Shown: positions 17,279-27,770, counted from the first letter of the stretch. The stretch is DNA of 64,000 bases from Phycisphaerales bacterium (GCA_014379385.1 JACMLW010000134.1:2132-66131); one strand, 5' to 3'. Notes: a model not told the origin generated them from the sequence alone. Made by a program: numbers and translations.

Positions 17279-18316
17279 ATGTCGTCGCAGCCCCCCCCCC
17301 CGCCCCCGCCCCCGTCGCCCCACCCCCATCCGCACCCGCCCCTTCCCGGCGACACGCCTCCGGGCAAGCCGGCGCCGAGCGACACGCTGCAGGCCCTTCT
17401 CTCGGGGCTGATCGATTATGCGGGACTCTATCCGCCCGCGAAGTTGCCGATGCCGCAGGCCGTTCAGAACTACGCGGCGCACCTGCGCTCGCCTCAGGCG
17501 TGGATGCTGGGCCGCTTCATCTGCCCGGTGTCACGACTCGAAGAGCTCAAGCAGACGGCGGGAGCGCTGCTGCCTCGTGGCGACGAGAGCGAGGAGCATC
17601 TCGCGGAGCCGTGGCCGATCTCGGCGATCATCGATGGTGATCTGGATGAGGACCTTGATGCGGTCTTCGCGTTCAATCACGAGCACTGCGAGCCGCGCAA
17701 CGGGCTGGCGAATGTTGACGCCGTCGAGATCAAGGCGACCTCGTTCGCGATGATCGACGCGGCGCTCGAAACAATGCCGGAGGAGATCTTCCCGTTCTTC
17801 GAGATACCGATCGAGCCGGGCGGAACGGGTCCGGGCGCCGACATGCGGGGGTTCATCGCGGCGCTGTCGGGGTCGGATGCGGGTGCGAAGCTGCGCAGCG
17901 GGGGCGTGACGGCCGGCGCGTTCCCGTCGCCGGCGCAGGTTGCCGAGTTCATCATCGCGTGCGACGCGGCGGATGTTCCGTTCAAGGCCACCGCCGGGCT
18001 GCACCACCCGCTGCGGTCGGAGCATCCACTCACGTACGAGCCCGATTGCCCGCGCGCCTTGATGCACGGGTTTCTCAACGTGTTCCTCGCCGCGGCGTTC
18101 GTGCGAGAGGGGAACATGGTGTCGCCGGACGTGGTAGCGCTTCTTGAAGAGACGGACGTCAAGAGATTCCGGTTCTCGGATGCTTCGGCGTGCTGGCGGA
18201 ACCGGCAGCTGGAGGTATCGCACGTGGCGGGCGCTCGCGAGAGCTTCGCGCTCAGCTACGGGAGCTGCTCGTTTGAGGAGCCGGTGGCGGACCTAAAGAT
18301 ACTTGGCTTGTTGTAG
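17279..18316 (+). CDS. Conserved hypothetical protein with polyproline N-terminus
   Basis: ATG 17279. N-terminal PPPPPPPPSPHPHPHPPLP is encoded by a C-rich tract. Body contains AKLRSGGVTAGAFPSP...VPFKATAGLHHPLRSEH, a pattern I recall from uncharacterised actinobacterial/planctomycete proteins. Function unknown. Confidence 0.7.
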   Translation: MSSQPPPPPPPPSPHPHPHPPLPGDTPPGKPAPSDTLQALLSGLIDYAGLYPPAKLPMPQAVQNYAAHLRSPQAWMLGRFICPVSRLEELKQTAGALLPRGDESEEHLAEPWPISAIIDGDLDEDLDAVFAFNHEHCEPRNGLANVDAVEIKATSFAMIDAALETMPEEIFPFFEIPIEPGGTGPGADMRGFIAALSGSDAGAKLRSGGVTAGAFPSPAQVAEFIIACDAADVPFKATAGLHHPLRSEHPLTYEPDCPRALMHGFLNVFLAAAFVREGNMVSPDVVALLEETDVKRFRFSDASACWRNRQLEVSHVAGARESFALSYGSCSFEEPVADLKILGLL

Positions 18317-18334
18317 GGCCGCTACCCTCCGGCC

Positions 18335-19672
18335 ATGCCCACCGACGCCACCCACGATCCTTCGCTCAAGAGCTGGGTTGAATCCGCGAATGACCCCCAG
18401 ACGGCCTTCCCGATCCAGAACCTGCCGCTGTGCAGCTTCGAGCAGGAGCACGATGGTCACTCGCACCCGCACCTCGGGGTGGTGATCGGGGACAGGGTGC
18501 TTGATGTCACGACGCTTGCGATGTCGGGGAAGCTCTGCGGGGGTGACGAACAACTCGCGCGGGTGCTGCACGCCCCACTCTGGAACATCGTCGCGGGTCA
18601 GCCGGGGCTGGTTCGGCAGCTCCGCGCCGAGATACAGGATTTTCTGAGGTCCGATCGCCCGGCGAGCCAGCCGATCAAGCGGCTGCGCGACAAGGCGCTG
18701 GTTCCACTTGCTGAAGCGCGCCTCCGCAAACCACTCCTGAGCTTCGATTACACTGATTTTTACGCCTCGAAGCACCACGCCACGACGGTGGGCTCGATGT
18801 TCCGGCCGGACAACCCGCTGCTGCCCAACTACACGCACGTGCCGATCGGTTATCACGGTCGGGCGTCGTCGATCGTGCCGTCCGGCACGCCGATCCGCAG
18901 GCCAAGCGGGCAGACAAAGGCCGATGACGCCGCGCTGCCCGCTTTCGGCCCGAGCAAGATGCTCGACTACGAGATGGAGCTCGGCGTGTTCATCGCGAGC
19001 GGCAACACGCTCGGCGAGCCGATCAGGATCGGCGACGTGCGCGAGCACATGCTGGGGATGTGCATCGTGAACGACTGGTCGGCGCGCGATCTTCAGAAGT
19101 GGGAGTACCAGCCGCTGGGGCCGTTCCTTGCTAAGAACTTCGCGACCAGCGTCTCGCCGTTTATCGTGACGATGGAGGCGCTCGAGCCGTTCCGCATCCC
19201 GGGGCCGGCGCGCGGCGAGGGGGATCCCGAGCCCCTCGGGTACCTTCAGACGAGCGAGCCGTGGGGGCTGGACGTAGCTGTTGAGGTTCATCTTGCCACG
19301 AAGCAGATGCGCGACAAGGGCATGTCGCCGATGCGCCTGTCGCGCGGTTCGTTCAGGGATATGTACTGGACGATCGCCCAGTTAATCACGCATCATGCCT
19401 CGAACGGGTGCAATCTCCAAACCGGCGACCTGCTGGGGTCCGGCACGATCTCGGGGCCGACGAAGGACGCTCGCGGCTGCCTGCTCGAGCTCACTTGGGA
19501 GGGCGTCGGCCCGGACGGCAAGCCGAAGCCGCGGGCGCCGATTCAGTTGCCGACGGGCGAGACGCGCCTGTTCCTGCAGGACGGCGACGAGGTCATCATG
19601 AACGCGTTCTGCGAGCGAGATGGCTTTCGGCGGATCGGCTTCGGCGAGTGCCGCGGCGTGATCGTGGGGTAG
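18335..19672 (+). CDS. fahA: Fumarylacetoacetase
   Basis: 445 aa. NLPLCSFE, DYEMELGVFI, SARDLQKWEYQPLGPF, GDLLGSGTISGP. Confidence 0.9.
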   Translation: MPTDATHDPSLKSWVESANDPQTAFPIQNLPLCSFEQEHDGHSHPHLGVVIGDRVLDVTTLAMSGKLCGGDEQLARVLHAPLWNIVAGQPGLVRQLRAEIQDFLRSDRPASQPIKRLRDKALVPLAEARLRKPLLSFDYTDFYASKHHATTVGSMFRPDNPLLPNYTHVPIGYHGRASSIVPSGTPIRRPSGQTKADDAALPAFGPSKMLDYEMELGVFIASGNTLGEPIRIGDVREHMLGMCIVNDWSARDLQKWEYQPLGPFLAKNFATSVSPFIVTMEALEPFRIPGPARGEGDPEPLGYLQTSEPWGLDVAVEVHLATKQMRDKGMSPMRLSRGSFRDMYWTIAQLITHHASNGCNLQTGDLLGSGTISGPTKDARGCLLELTWEGVGPDGKPKPRAPIQLPTGETRLFLQDGDEVIMNAFCERDGFRRIGFGECRGVIVG

Positions 19673-19784
19673 ACGTGCCCGCTACACTCAAGCCTGGCTG
19701 CGGTCACAGCCCCTGACGAGCAAGAGCACATCGATTGGCCTTCGCGCCGCGATGGCGTGGACAGGTCGCGGGATCCGTACACAC

Positions 19785-21311
19785 ATGTTTGAGCGTCTCT
19801 CCGATGGTTTCGCGTCCGTCTTCCGCAAGCTCTCGGGCAAGGGGTCTATCTCCGAGGGCAATGTCCGCGATGCGATGACGGACGTTCGCAGCGCGCTGCT
19901 TGATGCCGACGTGCATGTCGATGTGGTCGAGGCGTTTACCCAGCGGGTGCTGGAGGACGCCGTCGGGCGCGAGGTCACCAAGAGTCTCAAGCCGGGCGAG
20001 GAGATGATCGGCATCGTCCACGACCGGCTCGTTGAGCTGCTCGGGGGCGACCCGGCGCAGTCTCCGGAAGAGGCGCTCGCGCCCGCCCCCGACGGCGGTA
20101 TCATGCAGGTTTCACCGGGGCCGACCATCGTGATGATGTGCGGCCTGCAGGGGTCGGGCAAGACCACCACGTGCGGCAAGCTCGCGGCGCACCTGAAGAA
20201 GCGGGGGCGCTCCGTGATGCTGTGCGCAGCCGACTTGCAGCGCCCGGCGGCGGTTGAGCAGCTCCATACCGTGGCCGAGCAGGTGCAGCGCGACTCCCCC
20301 GGCGGCGCCCAGGTTCACTTCTACGGGGAGCCCGACAAGTCCGCGGCCTACGGCAAGGCCGTGGGCGTGGCGGTGCAGGTCTGCCAGCGGGCGCTGGCGG
20401 AGGCGCGGAAGAAGGGCGTTGACACGCTGATCCTGGACACCGCGGGCCGTCTGCACATCAACGCCGAGCTCATGGGCGAGCTGGCGCAGGTGAACAGCGC
20501 TCTGCGGCCGCACCAGGTGTTCCTGGTCGTGGATGCCATGACGGGTCAGGACGCCGTCAACTTCGCCAAGGCGTTCCACGAGCAGATCGAGGTCGACGGC
20601 ATCATCCTGACGAAGTTTGATTCCGACACGCGCGGGGGCGCCGCGATCTCCGTCAAGCACGTCACCGGTGCGCCGATCAGGTTTGTGGGGGTCGGCGAGA
20701 AGATGGAAGCCCTTGAGGAGTTCCACGCCCAGCGGATGGCCGGGCGCATCCTGGGCATGGGGGACGTGGTCTCGCTGGTGGAGAAGGCCCGCGAACAGGT
20801 GAGCGACGAGGAGGCCGCGGCCATCGAGGCCAAGATGGCCAAGGGCGAGATGTCGATGGATGACTTCCTCGCGCAGCTGCGCACGCTGCGGCGGATGGGG
20901 CCGCTCAAGCAGCTCCTCGGGCTGCTGCCGGGCGTGGGCTCGGCGCTCAAGGACGTTCACATCGACGACAAGCACCTGGACCGAGTCGAGGCCATCGTTC
21001 ACTCGATGACCCCGCAGGAGCGGCGCCGGCCCGGCGAGCTCAATAACTCGCGCCGGCGGCGGATCGCGACCGGCTCGGGGGCGAAGCAGGAGGAGGTCGG
21101 GCAGCTCGCCAAGCAGTTCGATGTTGTAAGCAAGATGGCCAAGCAGATGGCGGGGATGAACGCCGCGGCGAAGGTCAAGGCCGTGAAAGAGATGGGCTCA
21201 TCGGGCATGGGGTCGATGTTCCCGGGCGTGCAGAACTTGCCGGGGCTGAGCGGCAAGGGCAGCTCGCATATGGTGAGTCTCAAGAGCAAGTTCAAGAAGC
21301 GCAAGAAGTAA
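19785..21311 (+). CDS. ffh: Signal recognition particle protein Ffh
   Basis: Trimmed to ATG 19785 (MFERLSDGFASVFRKLSGKG). GLQGSGKTTTCGKLA, DTAGRL, TKFDSDTRGGAA, Met-rich M domain. Confidence 0.95.
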   Translation: MFERLSDGFASVFRKLSGKGSISEGNVRDAMTDVRSALLDADVHVDVVEAFTQRVLEDAVGREVTKSLKPGEEMIGIVHDRLVELLGGDPAQSPEEALAPAPDGGIMQVSPGPTIVMMCGLQGSGKTTTCGKLAAHLKKRGRSVMLCAADLQRPAAVEQLHTVAEQVQRDSPGGAQVHFYGEPDKSAAYGKAVGVAVQVCQRALAEARKKGVDTLILDTAGRLHINAELMGELAQVNSALRPHQVFLVVDAMTGQDAVNFAKAFHEQIEVDGIILTKFDSDTRGGAAISVKHVTGAPIRFVGVGEKMEALEEFHAQRMAGRILGMGDVVSLVEKAREQVSDEEAAAIEAKMAKGEMSMDDFLAQLRTLRRMGPLKQLLGLLPGVGSALKDVHIDDKHLDRVEAIVHSMTPQERRRPGELNNSRRRRIATGSGAKQEEVGQLAKQFDVVSKMAKQMAGMNAAAKVKAVKEMGSSGMGSMFPGVQNLPGLSGKGSSHMVSLKSKFKKRKK

Positions 21312-21346
21312 GGCGACTCGGGGGGCACCAGCCGTACACTCGCGCC

Positions 21347-22009
21347 ATGGTGACGCTATCCGAGGACGAGTCGCGTGTGCTCGGCGTGCTGGTGGAGAAG
21401 GCCCAGACTGTGCCGGGCCAATACCCCATGACTCTCAACTCAGTCGTCCTGGGATGCAACCAGAAGAACAACCGCGACCCGGTGACGAGCCTGACCGAGG
21501 AGCGGGTGTACGACGCGATCGACAGGCTCAAGGCCAAGGGTCTGGTGCGCGAGGCGTTCCTGAGCGGGAGCCGCGTGGCGAAATACCGACATCTCGCGCG
21601 CGAGGTACTGAACGTTGGCACCGAGGAGCTGGTGCTTCTGACGGAGTTGCTGCTGCGCGGGCCACAGTCGGCTGGTGAGCTTCGCGGGCGAGCGTCGCGG
21701 ATGCACCCGCTGGAGACGCTCGAGGCGGCGCAGGGGTTCTTGGCGGGGCTGCGGTCGCGATCCGAACCCATGGTGCGTGAGTTGCCCGCGCGGCCGGGCG
21801 AGCGTGCCACGCGCTGGGTGCAACTGCTCTCGCCGGATTTGCATCCCGTCGATGCGGGGGCCGCCGCGGCTCCGGCGCGCGAGAGCGCGGCCGGGCAGCG
21901 CGAATCGAGTGACCTGGAGGCGCGCATCGACTCGCTCGAACAGGAGATCGAGAGCCTGCGTGCCGAGGTTACGGCCCTGGGCGAGCAGGTGCAGCGCGTG
22001 TCCGGCTAA
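21347..22009 (+). CDS. DUF480 (YceH-like) protein
   Basis: LSEDESRVLGVLVEKAQTVPGQYPMTLNSVVLGCNQKNNRDPV...SRVAKYRH plus a C-terminal coiled coil. Confidence 0.85.
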   Translation: MVTLSEDESRVLGVLVEKAQTVPGQYPMTLNSVVLGCNQKNNRDPVTSLTEERVYDAIDRLKAKGLVREAFLSGSRVAKYRHLAREVLNVGTEELVLLTELLLRGPQSAGELRGRASRMHPLETLEAAQGFLAGLRSRSEPMVRELPARPGERATRWVQLLSPDLHPVDAGAAAAPARESAAGQRESSDLEARIDSLEQEIESLRAEVTALGEQVQRVSG

Positions 22010-22935
22010 GCGTCCCTGGGCGCCCCGTGCGCGCCGTTCAACCACGCCGCGAGGCGCGATCGCATGATCGCGCACGCCTCGGCGCTCGAGTCGACCAGGA
22101 CGAACCCGCGGTCATGTCGTGCCGCGGCCTCGCCGGTTGTGCCGCTGCCCGCAAAGAAGTCGAGCACGGTGTCTCGAGGGTTGCTATGCACGCGCACGAT
22201 CCGTTCCAGGATCGAGAGGGGCTTCTGCGTGGGGTAGCCGGTCTTCTCGCGGCTATTGGTGGGGACGATGGTGTTCCACCAGACGTCGGTGGGGGTCTTG
22301 CCCCGCTCGGCCTTGTCGGCGCCGACGAGGCGCGGGGCCATATAGGGGATGCGATCGATCTCGTCGTAGTTGAACACGTACCGGCCCTTGCGAGGGTCGA
22401 GTGCATACCACAGGATCGTGTCGTGCTTCGCGGGCCAGCGTGTGCGCGGGCGTGCGCCGTAGTCGTACGCCCAGATGATCTCGTTCATGAAGCGGTCGCG
22501 CCCTAGCAGTTCGTCCAGCGCGACCTTCACGTAATGAACCTCGTTGGCGTCGAGGTGCACCATCAGCGAGCCGTCGGGCGTGAGGCACCGCAGCCCCGCC
22601 TCGAGCCGCGGCATCAGAACGTCCAAATAGGAATCGCCGAAGCGGTCCTGGTAGCTTGGCGACGCGAGCCTGGTCACGCTGTAACGCCGCCCGTGGAACC
22701 CGTGCCGGCGCTCGCCGTCCGCGGCATGCTTCACGCGTATGCGCTTACGTTGCTGCTCGTGCCCTGTATTGAAGGGTGGATCGATGTAGATGAGGCGTGC
22801 GAACGCCGCGGGCAGCGCCGCTACGACCTGGAGGTTTTCGCCCTCGATGATCCGCCGGGTCGGTGCGGGGAGCGCTGCCTCGGCACCGCCCAATGGCCCG
22901 ACTGACAGCGCGCCCTTCGAGCCATCGCGCTTCAT
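22006..22935 (-). CDS. Beta-class (N6A/N4C-type, PF01555-like) site-specific DNA methyltransferase, no visible cognate endonuclease
   Basis: Trimmed to ATG 22935 (MKRDGSKG). Motif IV LIYIDPPFNTG precedes motif I VLDFFAGSGTTGEAA (beta permutation). The ATG overlaps the PolX stop (ATGA at 22932..22935). Confidence 0.85.
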   Translation of the reverse strand: MKRDGSKGALSVGPLGGAEAALPAPTRRIIEGENLQVVAALPAAFARLIYIDPPFNTGHEQQRKRIRVKHAADGERRHGFHGRRYSVTRLASPSYQDRFGDSYLDVLMPRLEAGLRCLTPDGSLMVHLDANEVHYVKVALDELLGRDRFMNEIIWAYDYGARPRTRWPAKHDTILWYALDPRKGRYVFNYDEIDRIPYMAPRLVGADKAERGKTPTDVWWNTIVPTNSREKTGYPTQKPLSILERIVRVHSNPRDTVLDFFAGSGTTGEAAARHDRGFVLVDSSAEACAIMRSRLAAWLNGAHGAPRDA

Positions 22936-24917
22936 GCCCGCCCCTTGCTCTTGAGCCAGGCGTGGAGCTTCTCGTCGCCCCACGTGTTGATGCACTGCCC
23001 GGGCGGCAGCCACCCGCGTCGCGCGGTCGCCACGCCGAAGCGGATGTTGTCGAACTCGCCGGGGCGGTGCACATCGCAGTCGATCGCGATCAGGCAACCC
23101 GCCTCGACGGCCATGCGCACGTGCGAGTCGCGCAGGTCAAGCCGCAGCCAGTGGCTGTTGATCTCGAGCGCCACGTTGTGCTCCACCGCCGCCGCGATGA
23201 TCGCCGCCATATCGAGCGAGAGCCCCTCGCGCTGGTGGATGAGCCGACCGGTGGGGTGTCCCATGATGTGGACGTACGGGTTCTCGATCGCGCGCAGCAT
23301 CCGCGCCATCGCCTTCTCCGGCTCCTGCTTCAGTTGGCTGTGCGGCGATGCCACCACGACGTCGAGCCTGCGCAGGAGATCGTCGTCGTAATCGAGCCGT
23401 CCATCGACGAGGATGTCCACCTCAGAGCCGGCGAGGATCGTGATGCCGTCGGTCGCGTCGTTGGCCGCGCGGACTTCGCGCATGTGTTCCTCGAGGCGCT
23501 CCACGCTCAACCCGCCTGCATACGCCGAGCTCTTGGAGTGGTCCGTCACCGCGATGGTGTGGAAGCCGCGTGACCGCGCCTTCTGGGCGAGCTCGAGGAT
23601 CGTCATCGCGCCGTCCGAGGCCGTCGTGTGCGCGTGCAGCTCCGCCTTGATGTCGCCGACTTCGATCAGCCGCTTGCCGACACGAATACTTGTGCCCGGA
23701 GAGCCGCCCTTGGCGCTCCCCCCGGCGATCTTCTTGTCGGAGGCCGGCTTCTTGCCCTTGATTGGGTTTGAGTTCGCCGGGGCGGGAGCCTCGTTCCCGG
23801 TCGTTTCTCCGCGCAGGTACACGTCAATCTCCCCCCGCGCCTCGCGCACCTCCGGCGGAACCCACTCAAGGCCCAAGGCCGCGAAGACCACTTCCTCGGT
23901 CGCCCCGGCCACCGCCATCACGCCTCGGCGCTGCGGCGCGTCGAGGTCGTCGTCTCCCTTCTCATGGGGAAATAGCCCGTACTCGTTGAGCGTGAGCCCG
24001 CGCTTCAGCGCCCGCTCTCGCATCGCGACGTTGTGCTCCTTCGACCCCGTGAAGTACATCAGGGCCGCGCCCCAGCTCTGCGGCGGAACGACACGCAGGT
24101 CCACCTGAATGCTCGGGCCCTTGACGATCTCGTCGCCCGTGAGCTCCTTTCCCCACCTTCCGAGATCCGCGAGAACCGCGGCCTGCACGCTTGATTTTGC
24201 CGGCCCCGAGACGATCACGCTGCGGACGCCCACCGCACCGACAAATGCCTCTGTGGCGCGCCGACCGGCGGCCTCGTCCGTCACCGCCACCAGGATGTCG
24301 ATATCCGCCACCGTCTCGCGCCCCCGCCGGAGCGACCCCGCGGGTTCAACACCTACCACGCCGTCCACCTCGCGCAGGACCACCACAAACCGCTCTGTCA
24401 CGGCCCACGCCAGCCCCAGCGGCAGCCGGCGCGCCGCGCCGCCAGGGCCCGCGGTCTCGCTGATGGCCTTCGCTTGCGCGAGCGCCGCCTCAAGTTTCTT
24501 TACGGTCTTCTCGCCCATCCCCTTGTGGCCGGCGAGTGTGCCGGCCTTGATGGCCGCGTCGAGCTCATCGGGCGAGGTGATCCCAGCTTCCTTCCAGAGC
24601 GCCGCCGCCGTCTTGGGCCCCACGCCCGGCAGCGTCATCAGCTCGACCACCCCGGCCGGAACCTCCGATTGCAGTTTCTTGAGGTCCGCGATCGAACCGC
24701 TCTGGCAGAACTCCGCAATCTTGTCGGCCATCTTCGGGCCTATCCCTTCGATCCCCAGCAGCGTCGAGCGGTCGCACCCTTTCACATCGGCCCCGTAGCT
24801 CTCGACCGCGCGCGCCGCCTTGTCGTGGGCGATCACACGGAACCGGTCGGCGCCCGTCAGTTCGAGCAGCCGCGCCAGCAGCAACAGTTGTTCGGCCAGC
24901 CGGGCGTTGGTTGACAT
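22932..24917 (-). CDS. polX: DNA polymerase X family protein with C-terminal PHP domain (PolX)
   Basis: Trimmed to ATG 24917 ([20 protein letters not shown]). HhH motifs, [17 protein letters not shown] nucleotidyltransferase motif, PHP motifs [23 protein letters not shown]. Confidence 0.88.
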   Translation of the reverse strand: MSTNARLAEQLLLLARLLELTGADRFRVIAHDKAARAVESYGADVKGCDRSTLLGIEGIGPKMADKIAEFCQSGSIADLKKLQSEVPAGVVELMTLPGVGPKTAAALWKEAGITSPDELDAAIKAGTLAGHKGMGEKTVKKLEAALAQAKAISETAGPGGAARRLPLGLAWAVTERFVVVLREVDGVVGVEPAGSLRRGRETVADIDILVAVTDEAAGRRATEAFVGAVGVRSVIVSGPAKSSVQAAVLADLGRWGKELTGDEIVKGPSIQVDLRVVPPQSWGAALMYFTGSKEHNVAMRERALKRGLTLNEYGLFPHEKGDDDLDAPQRRGVMAVAGATEEVVFAALGLEWVPPEVREARGEIDVYLRGETTGNEAPAPANSNPIKGKKPASDKKIAGGSAKGGSPGTSIRVGKRLIEVGDIKAELHAHTTASDGAMTILELAQKARSRGFHTIAVTDHSKSSAYAGGLSVERLEEHMREVRAANDATDGITILAGSEVDILVDGRLDYDDDLLRRLDVVVASPHSQLKQEPEKAMARMLRAIENPYVHIMGHPTGRLIHQREGLSLDMAAIIAAAVEHNVALEINSHWLRLDLRDSHVRMAVEAGCLIAIDCDVHRPGEFDNIRFGVATARRGWLPPGQCINTWGDEKLHAWLKSKGRA

Positions 24918-24956
24918 AGTTCGGGCCCGCGCTCCGTGAGACGACACGGTGGTGAC

Positions 24957-27068
24957 TTACAACATTCCCCGCGCGTGCGCCGGAGCGCCGGCGCCGCGAG
25001 CCCCGCTCTCCCCCGGCGCGTTATGCACCTCGCTGGACCGGTGCAGCACCAGCAGCGTGATGTCATCGGCCGCCTCGCTCCGCTGGAAGTCTCCCACATC
25101 GTCCAGCACGCGCCCGCACACCTCTCGTGGCGCGTGCCCGCGGCACGCCGCCAGAATCCCCTCGAAGCGCGACATCCGGTAGAACTCCCCCGCGCTCGAC
25201 CGCGCATCGGGCACGCCGTCGGTATAGAACACGAGCGTCTGTCCCGGCTCGAGCCGCATCATCCGCTCCTGGAACGTTGATTCGGCCAGCACACCGACCA
25301 GGGTTCCGGTCGTTTCGCCCACCGGCCGCACCGCGCCGCTGGTGGGCACCAGGTAGGGCAGAGGGTGCCCGCCGTTCGCGTAGCGCAGCTCGCCCGTCCG
25401 GGTGTCGTAGATGCCCAGGAACACGGTGACGAAAAGGCCCTCCTCGTTGTCGCGTAGAAGCTCCGTGTTCGCAAAGTTGAGGATCGCCGCCGGCGAGTGC
25501 CCGAGTGACCGGCTCTTGGCGAGCCCGCGGATCAATGTGCGCGCCACCGCCATGAACATCGCCGCGGGCACGCTCTTGCCGGACACATCCGCGATCACCA
25601 TCACCAGCGTGTGCTCGCTCAGGAAAAAGAAATCAAAGAAATCGCCGCCGACGAACTTTGCCGGGGCGCTGCACGCGTGCAGCTCAAACTCAGGCCGACA
25701 TGGGAACTCGCGCGGCAGCAGAGACGATTGGATCGCCCGTGCCACCCGCAGCTCGCTCTCCGCCGCGTTCCTCGCCGCGCTCGCGCGCCCGAGCGCCTCC
25801 ACGTTCTCCCGCAGTTGCCGCACCATGGAGTTGAACGCGCCCGCCAGCCGACCGATCTCGTCGCGGCTCTTCACGCCGATCGCCTGCGCCGTGAGGTCGC
25901 CCTGCGAGAGCTGCTGCACCGCCGATGAGAGCCGTCCCACCGGGCGCGTGATCCATGAGGCCATCGCGACCACCAGCCCAAGCACCAAGGCGATCACCCC
26001 AAGCCCGACCAGCAGCCGGTCGCGCAGCGCCGCGTACACCGGCGACATGATTCCGTGCTCCGAAACTGCCCCCGCCAGCGACCACCCCGACGGCTGCGTC
26101 ACCACCGCCTGGTCCTCTCCCGGCTCGGCCGGCGTGGCCACGCTGGCCCACCCCGCCGACTCGACCGGTGCAAAGAACACCAGGAAGGGCTCGCGCGTGG
26201 TGAAGTCCGGCACCGTCACCAGCCCTCGCTCGCCGCGCCCCATGCGCTCCGACAGTTCCAGCAGCTCCGCGTTTCCGTAGCGGCGCGCCACCTCGCCGAT
26301 CGTCTCCTTCATGATCACGCCCGGGAACGGCGCCACGATGAACGTCCCGTTCCGGCTCAGCAAGTAGATCTGCGTGTCGGGCGGCCGGCGCGCCATGACC
26401 ATCTGCCGGAGCTTCTCGAGGCGGATATCCACGTTCACGGTGCCGGTGAACACACCCTCGCGCACCACCGGCACCACGTGGGTGACCATCTCGACGTTGC
26501 CCGCACCCTCGTCCAGGAAGGGTTCCGTCCAGAACGCCTTCCCAGTGGCGCGCGGGATCGCGTACCACTCCCACTTCGGATCCAGGTAGTCGTACGCATC
26601 GGCGACCTCCATCCGCACCAGCGACTTCGTCCCGCGATACACGTACGGGCAGAACAGGTCCGGATTCGGGCGCGGGCGTGCCCCCGGCGCCTGCTCCAGC
26701 TTCGAGACCGAGGCGGGGTTGGTCATGTGCTCTGGGTTGCGCTTGAAGGCCCCCGGCTCGAACGCGACGCACGAGCCATAGATCAGCTGGTTCCCCTCCA
26801 CGTTGCGACGCAGAATCTCGTACAGCTCTGGCTCGGTGATGTTCGGATCGGCCTCCACCAGCGCCGCCGTCGAGCGCGCCACCTGCGCGATCGCCCGGAA
26901 CTCGCGGTCAAAGTCGATCGCGTACTGCTCCGCGAGGCGGACGAGCTGCTTCTCGGTGTCCTGGTACGCATCGCGGCGCAGGCGGGCGTAGTCGTACACC
27001 AGCAGCGCCCCCAGCAGCGTGATCAGCGGGCCGCCTAGCGCAAGTATGAGTTTCCACCTGATCGGCAC
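24957..27068 (-). CDS. Membrane sensor phosphatase: Cache-like periplasmic domain, HAMP, PP2C/SpoIIE
   Basis: 703 aa with GTG start. N-terminal TM, periplasmic Cache-like region, second TM, HAMP (ITRPVGRLSSAVQQLSQGDL), C-terminal SpoIIE-type PP2C (GGDFFDFF..., YTDGVPDA). Confidence 0.85.
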   Translation of the reverse strand: MPIRWKLILALGGPLITLLGALLVYDYARLRRDAYQDTEKQLVRLAEQYAIDFDREFRAIAQVARSTAALVEADPNITEPELYEILRRNVEGNQLIYGSCVAFEPGAFKRNPEHMTNPASVSKLEQAPGARPRPNPDLFCPYVYRGTKSLVRMEVADAYDYLDPKWEWYAIPRATGKAFWTEPFLDEGAGNVEMVTHVVPVVREGVFTGTVNVDIRLEKLRQMVMARRPPDTQIYLLSRNGTFIVAPFPGVIMKETIGEVARRYGNAELLELSERMGRGERGLVTVPDFTTREPFLVFFAPVESAGWASVATPAEPGEDQAVVTQPSGWSLAGAVSEHGIMSPVYAALRDRLLVGLGVIALVLGLVVAMASWITRPVGRLSSAVQQLSQGDLTAQAIGVKSRDEIGRLAGAFNSMVRQLRENVEALGRASAARNAAESELRVARAIQSSLLPREFPCRPEFELHACSAPAKFVGGDFFDFFFLSEHTLVMVIADVSGKSVPAAMFMAVARTLIRGLAKSRSLGHSPAAILNFANTELLRDNEEGLFVTVFLGIYDTRTGELRYANGGHPLPYLVPTSGAVRPVGETTGTLVGVLAESTFQERMMRLEPGQTLVFYTDGVPDARSSAGEFYRMSRFEGILAACRGHAPREVCGRVLDDVGDFQRSEAADDITLLVLHRSSEVHNAPGESGARGAGAPAHARGML

Positions 27069-27194
27069 GGCCCAATCCTAACACACCACGCCATGCCACG
27101 GATTCATTGGCGCAGGCATCGAGCGCCTTCCGCGGCTTCGCCCCGCCTTCCTTGCCCCTGGCTCCAATACCCAGTCCCCAATGCCTCTCCCCGT

Positions 27195-27770
27195 TCACTT
27201 CTTCTTCGGCACCGGCTCGTCGTCATCGTCATCCAGGTCGCTGAAGTCAAAGTCCTTCAGCAGGCTGTCCAGATCGTCGTCATCCTTCTTCTTCGCCGGG
27301 CCTTTCGCTCCGCCTCCACCCGCGCCTGTCGCCCCGCCCCCCATCACGGCGGTCTTCGGCCCGGCATCCGCCGCCCCACCCCAACTCGGCACCCCCGCGT
27401 GACCCCCCGCCGCGTCGCCCCCTCTCACCGCCACAGCGCCCGCGGCGTATGAGTCGGCCGCGTCGATCTCCTTGGGGAATCCGTCGATCCGCACCACGAA
27501 CACCGCCGGGCCCACCGCCAGCAGATCTCCCGGCGCCAGTTCGTGCGACTTCACCCGTTCACCATTCACGTACGTCCCGTTGCTGGACCCTAAATCTCGC
27601 ACCACCAGTTCGTCGTCCGATTCCAGTAGCTCGCAGTGCCGGCGCGATACGCTCGCCACAGGGATACGTAGCCGCGCCGCCTCATCCCGACCGATAATCG
27701 CCGGCAGTTTCGAGACGGCCACTTCCTTCTGGCTGCCGTCGCTCCCCACTTTCACGAGGACTACCTCCAC
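27195..27770 (-). CDS. FHA domain-containing protein with Gly/Ala-rich linker and acidic tail
   Basis: IIGRDEAARLRIPVASVSRRHCEL...VRDLGSSNGTYVNG. GTG start. Confidence 0.85.
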   Translation of the reverse strand: MEVVLVKVGSDGSQKEVAVSKLPAIIGRDEAARLRIPVASVSRRHCELLESDDELVVRDLGSSNGTYVNGERVKSHELAPGDLLAVGPAVFVVRIDGFPKEIDAADSYAAGAVAVRGGDAAGGHAGVPSWGGAADAGPKTAVMGGGATGAGGGGAKGPAKKKDDDDLDSLLKDFDFSDLDDDDDEPVPKKK

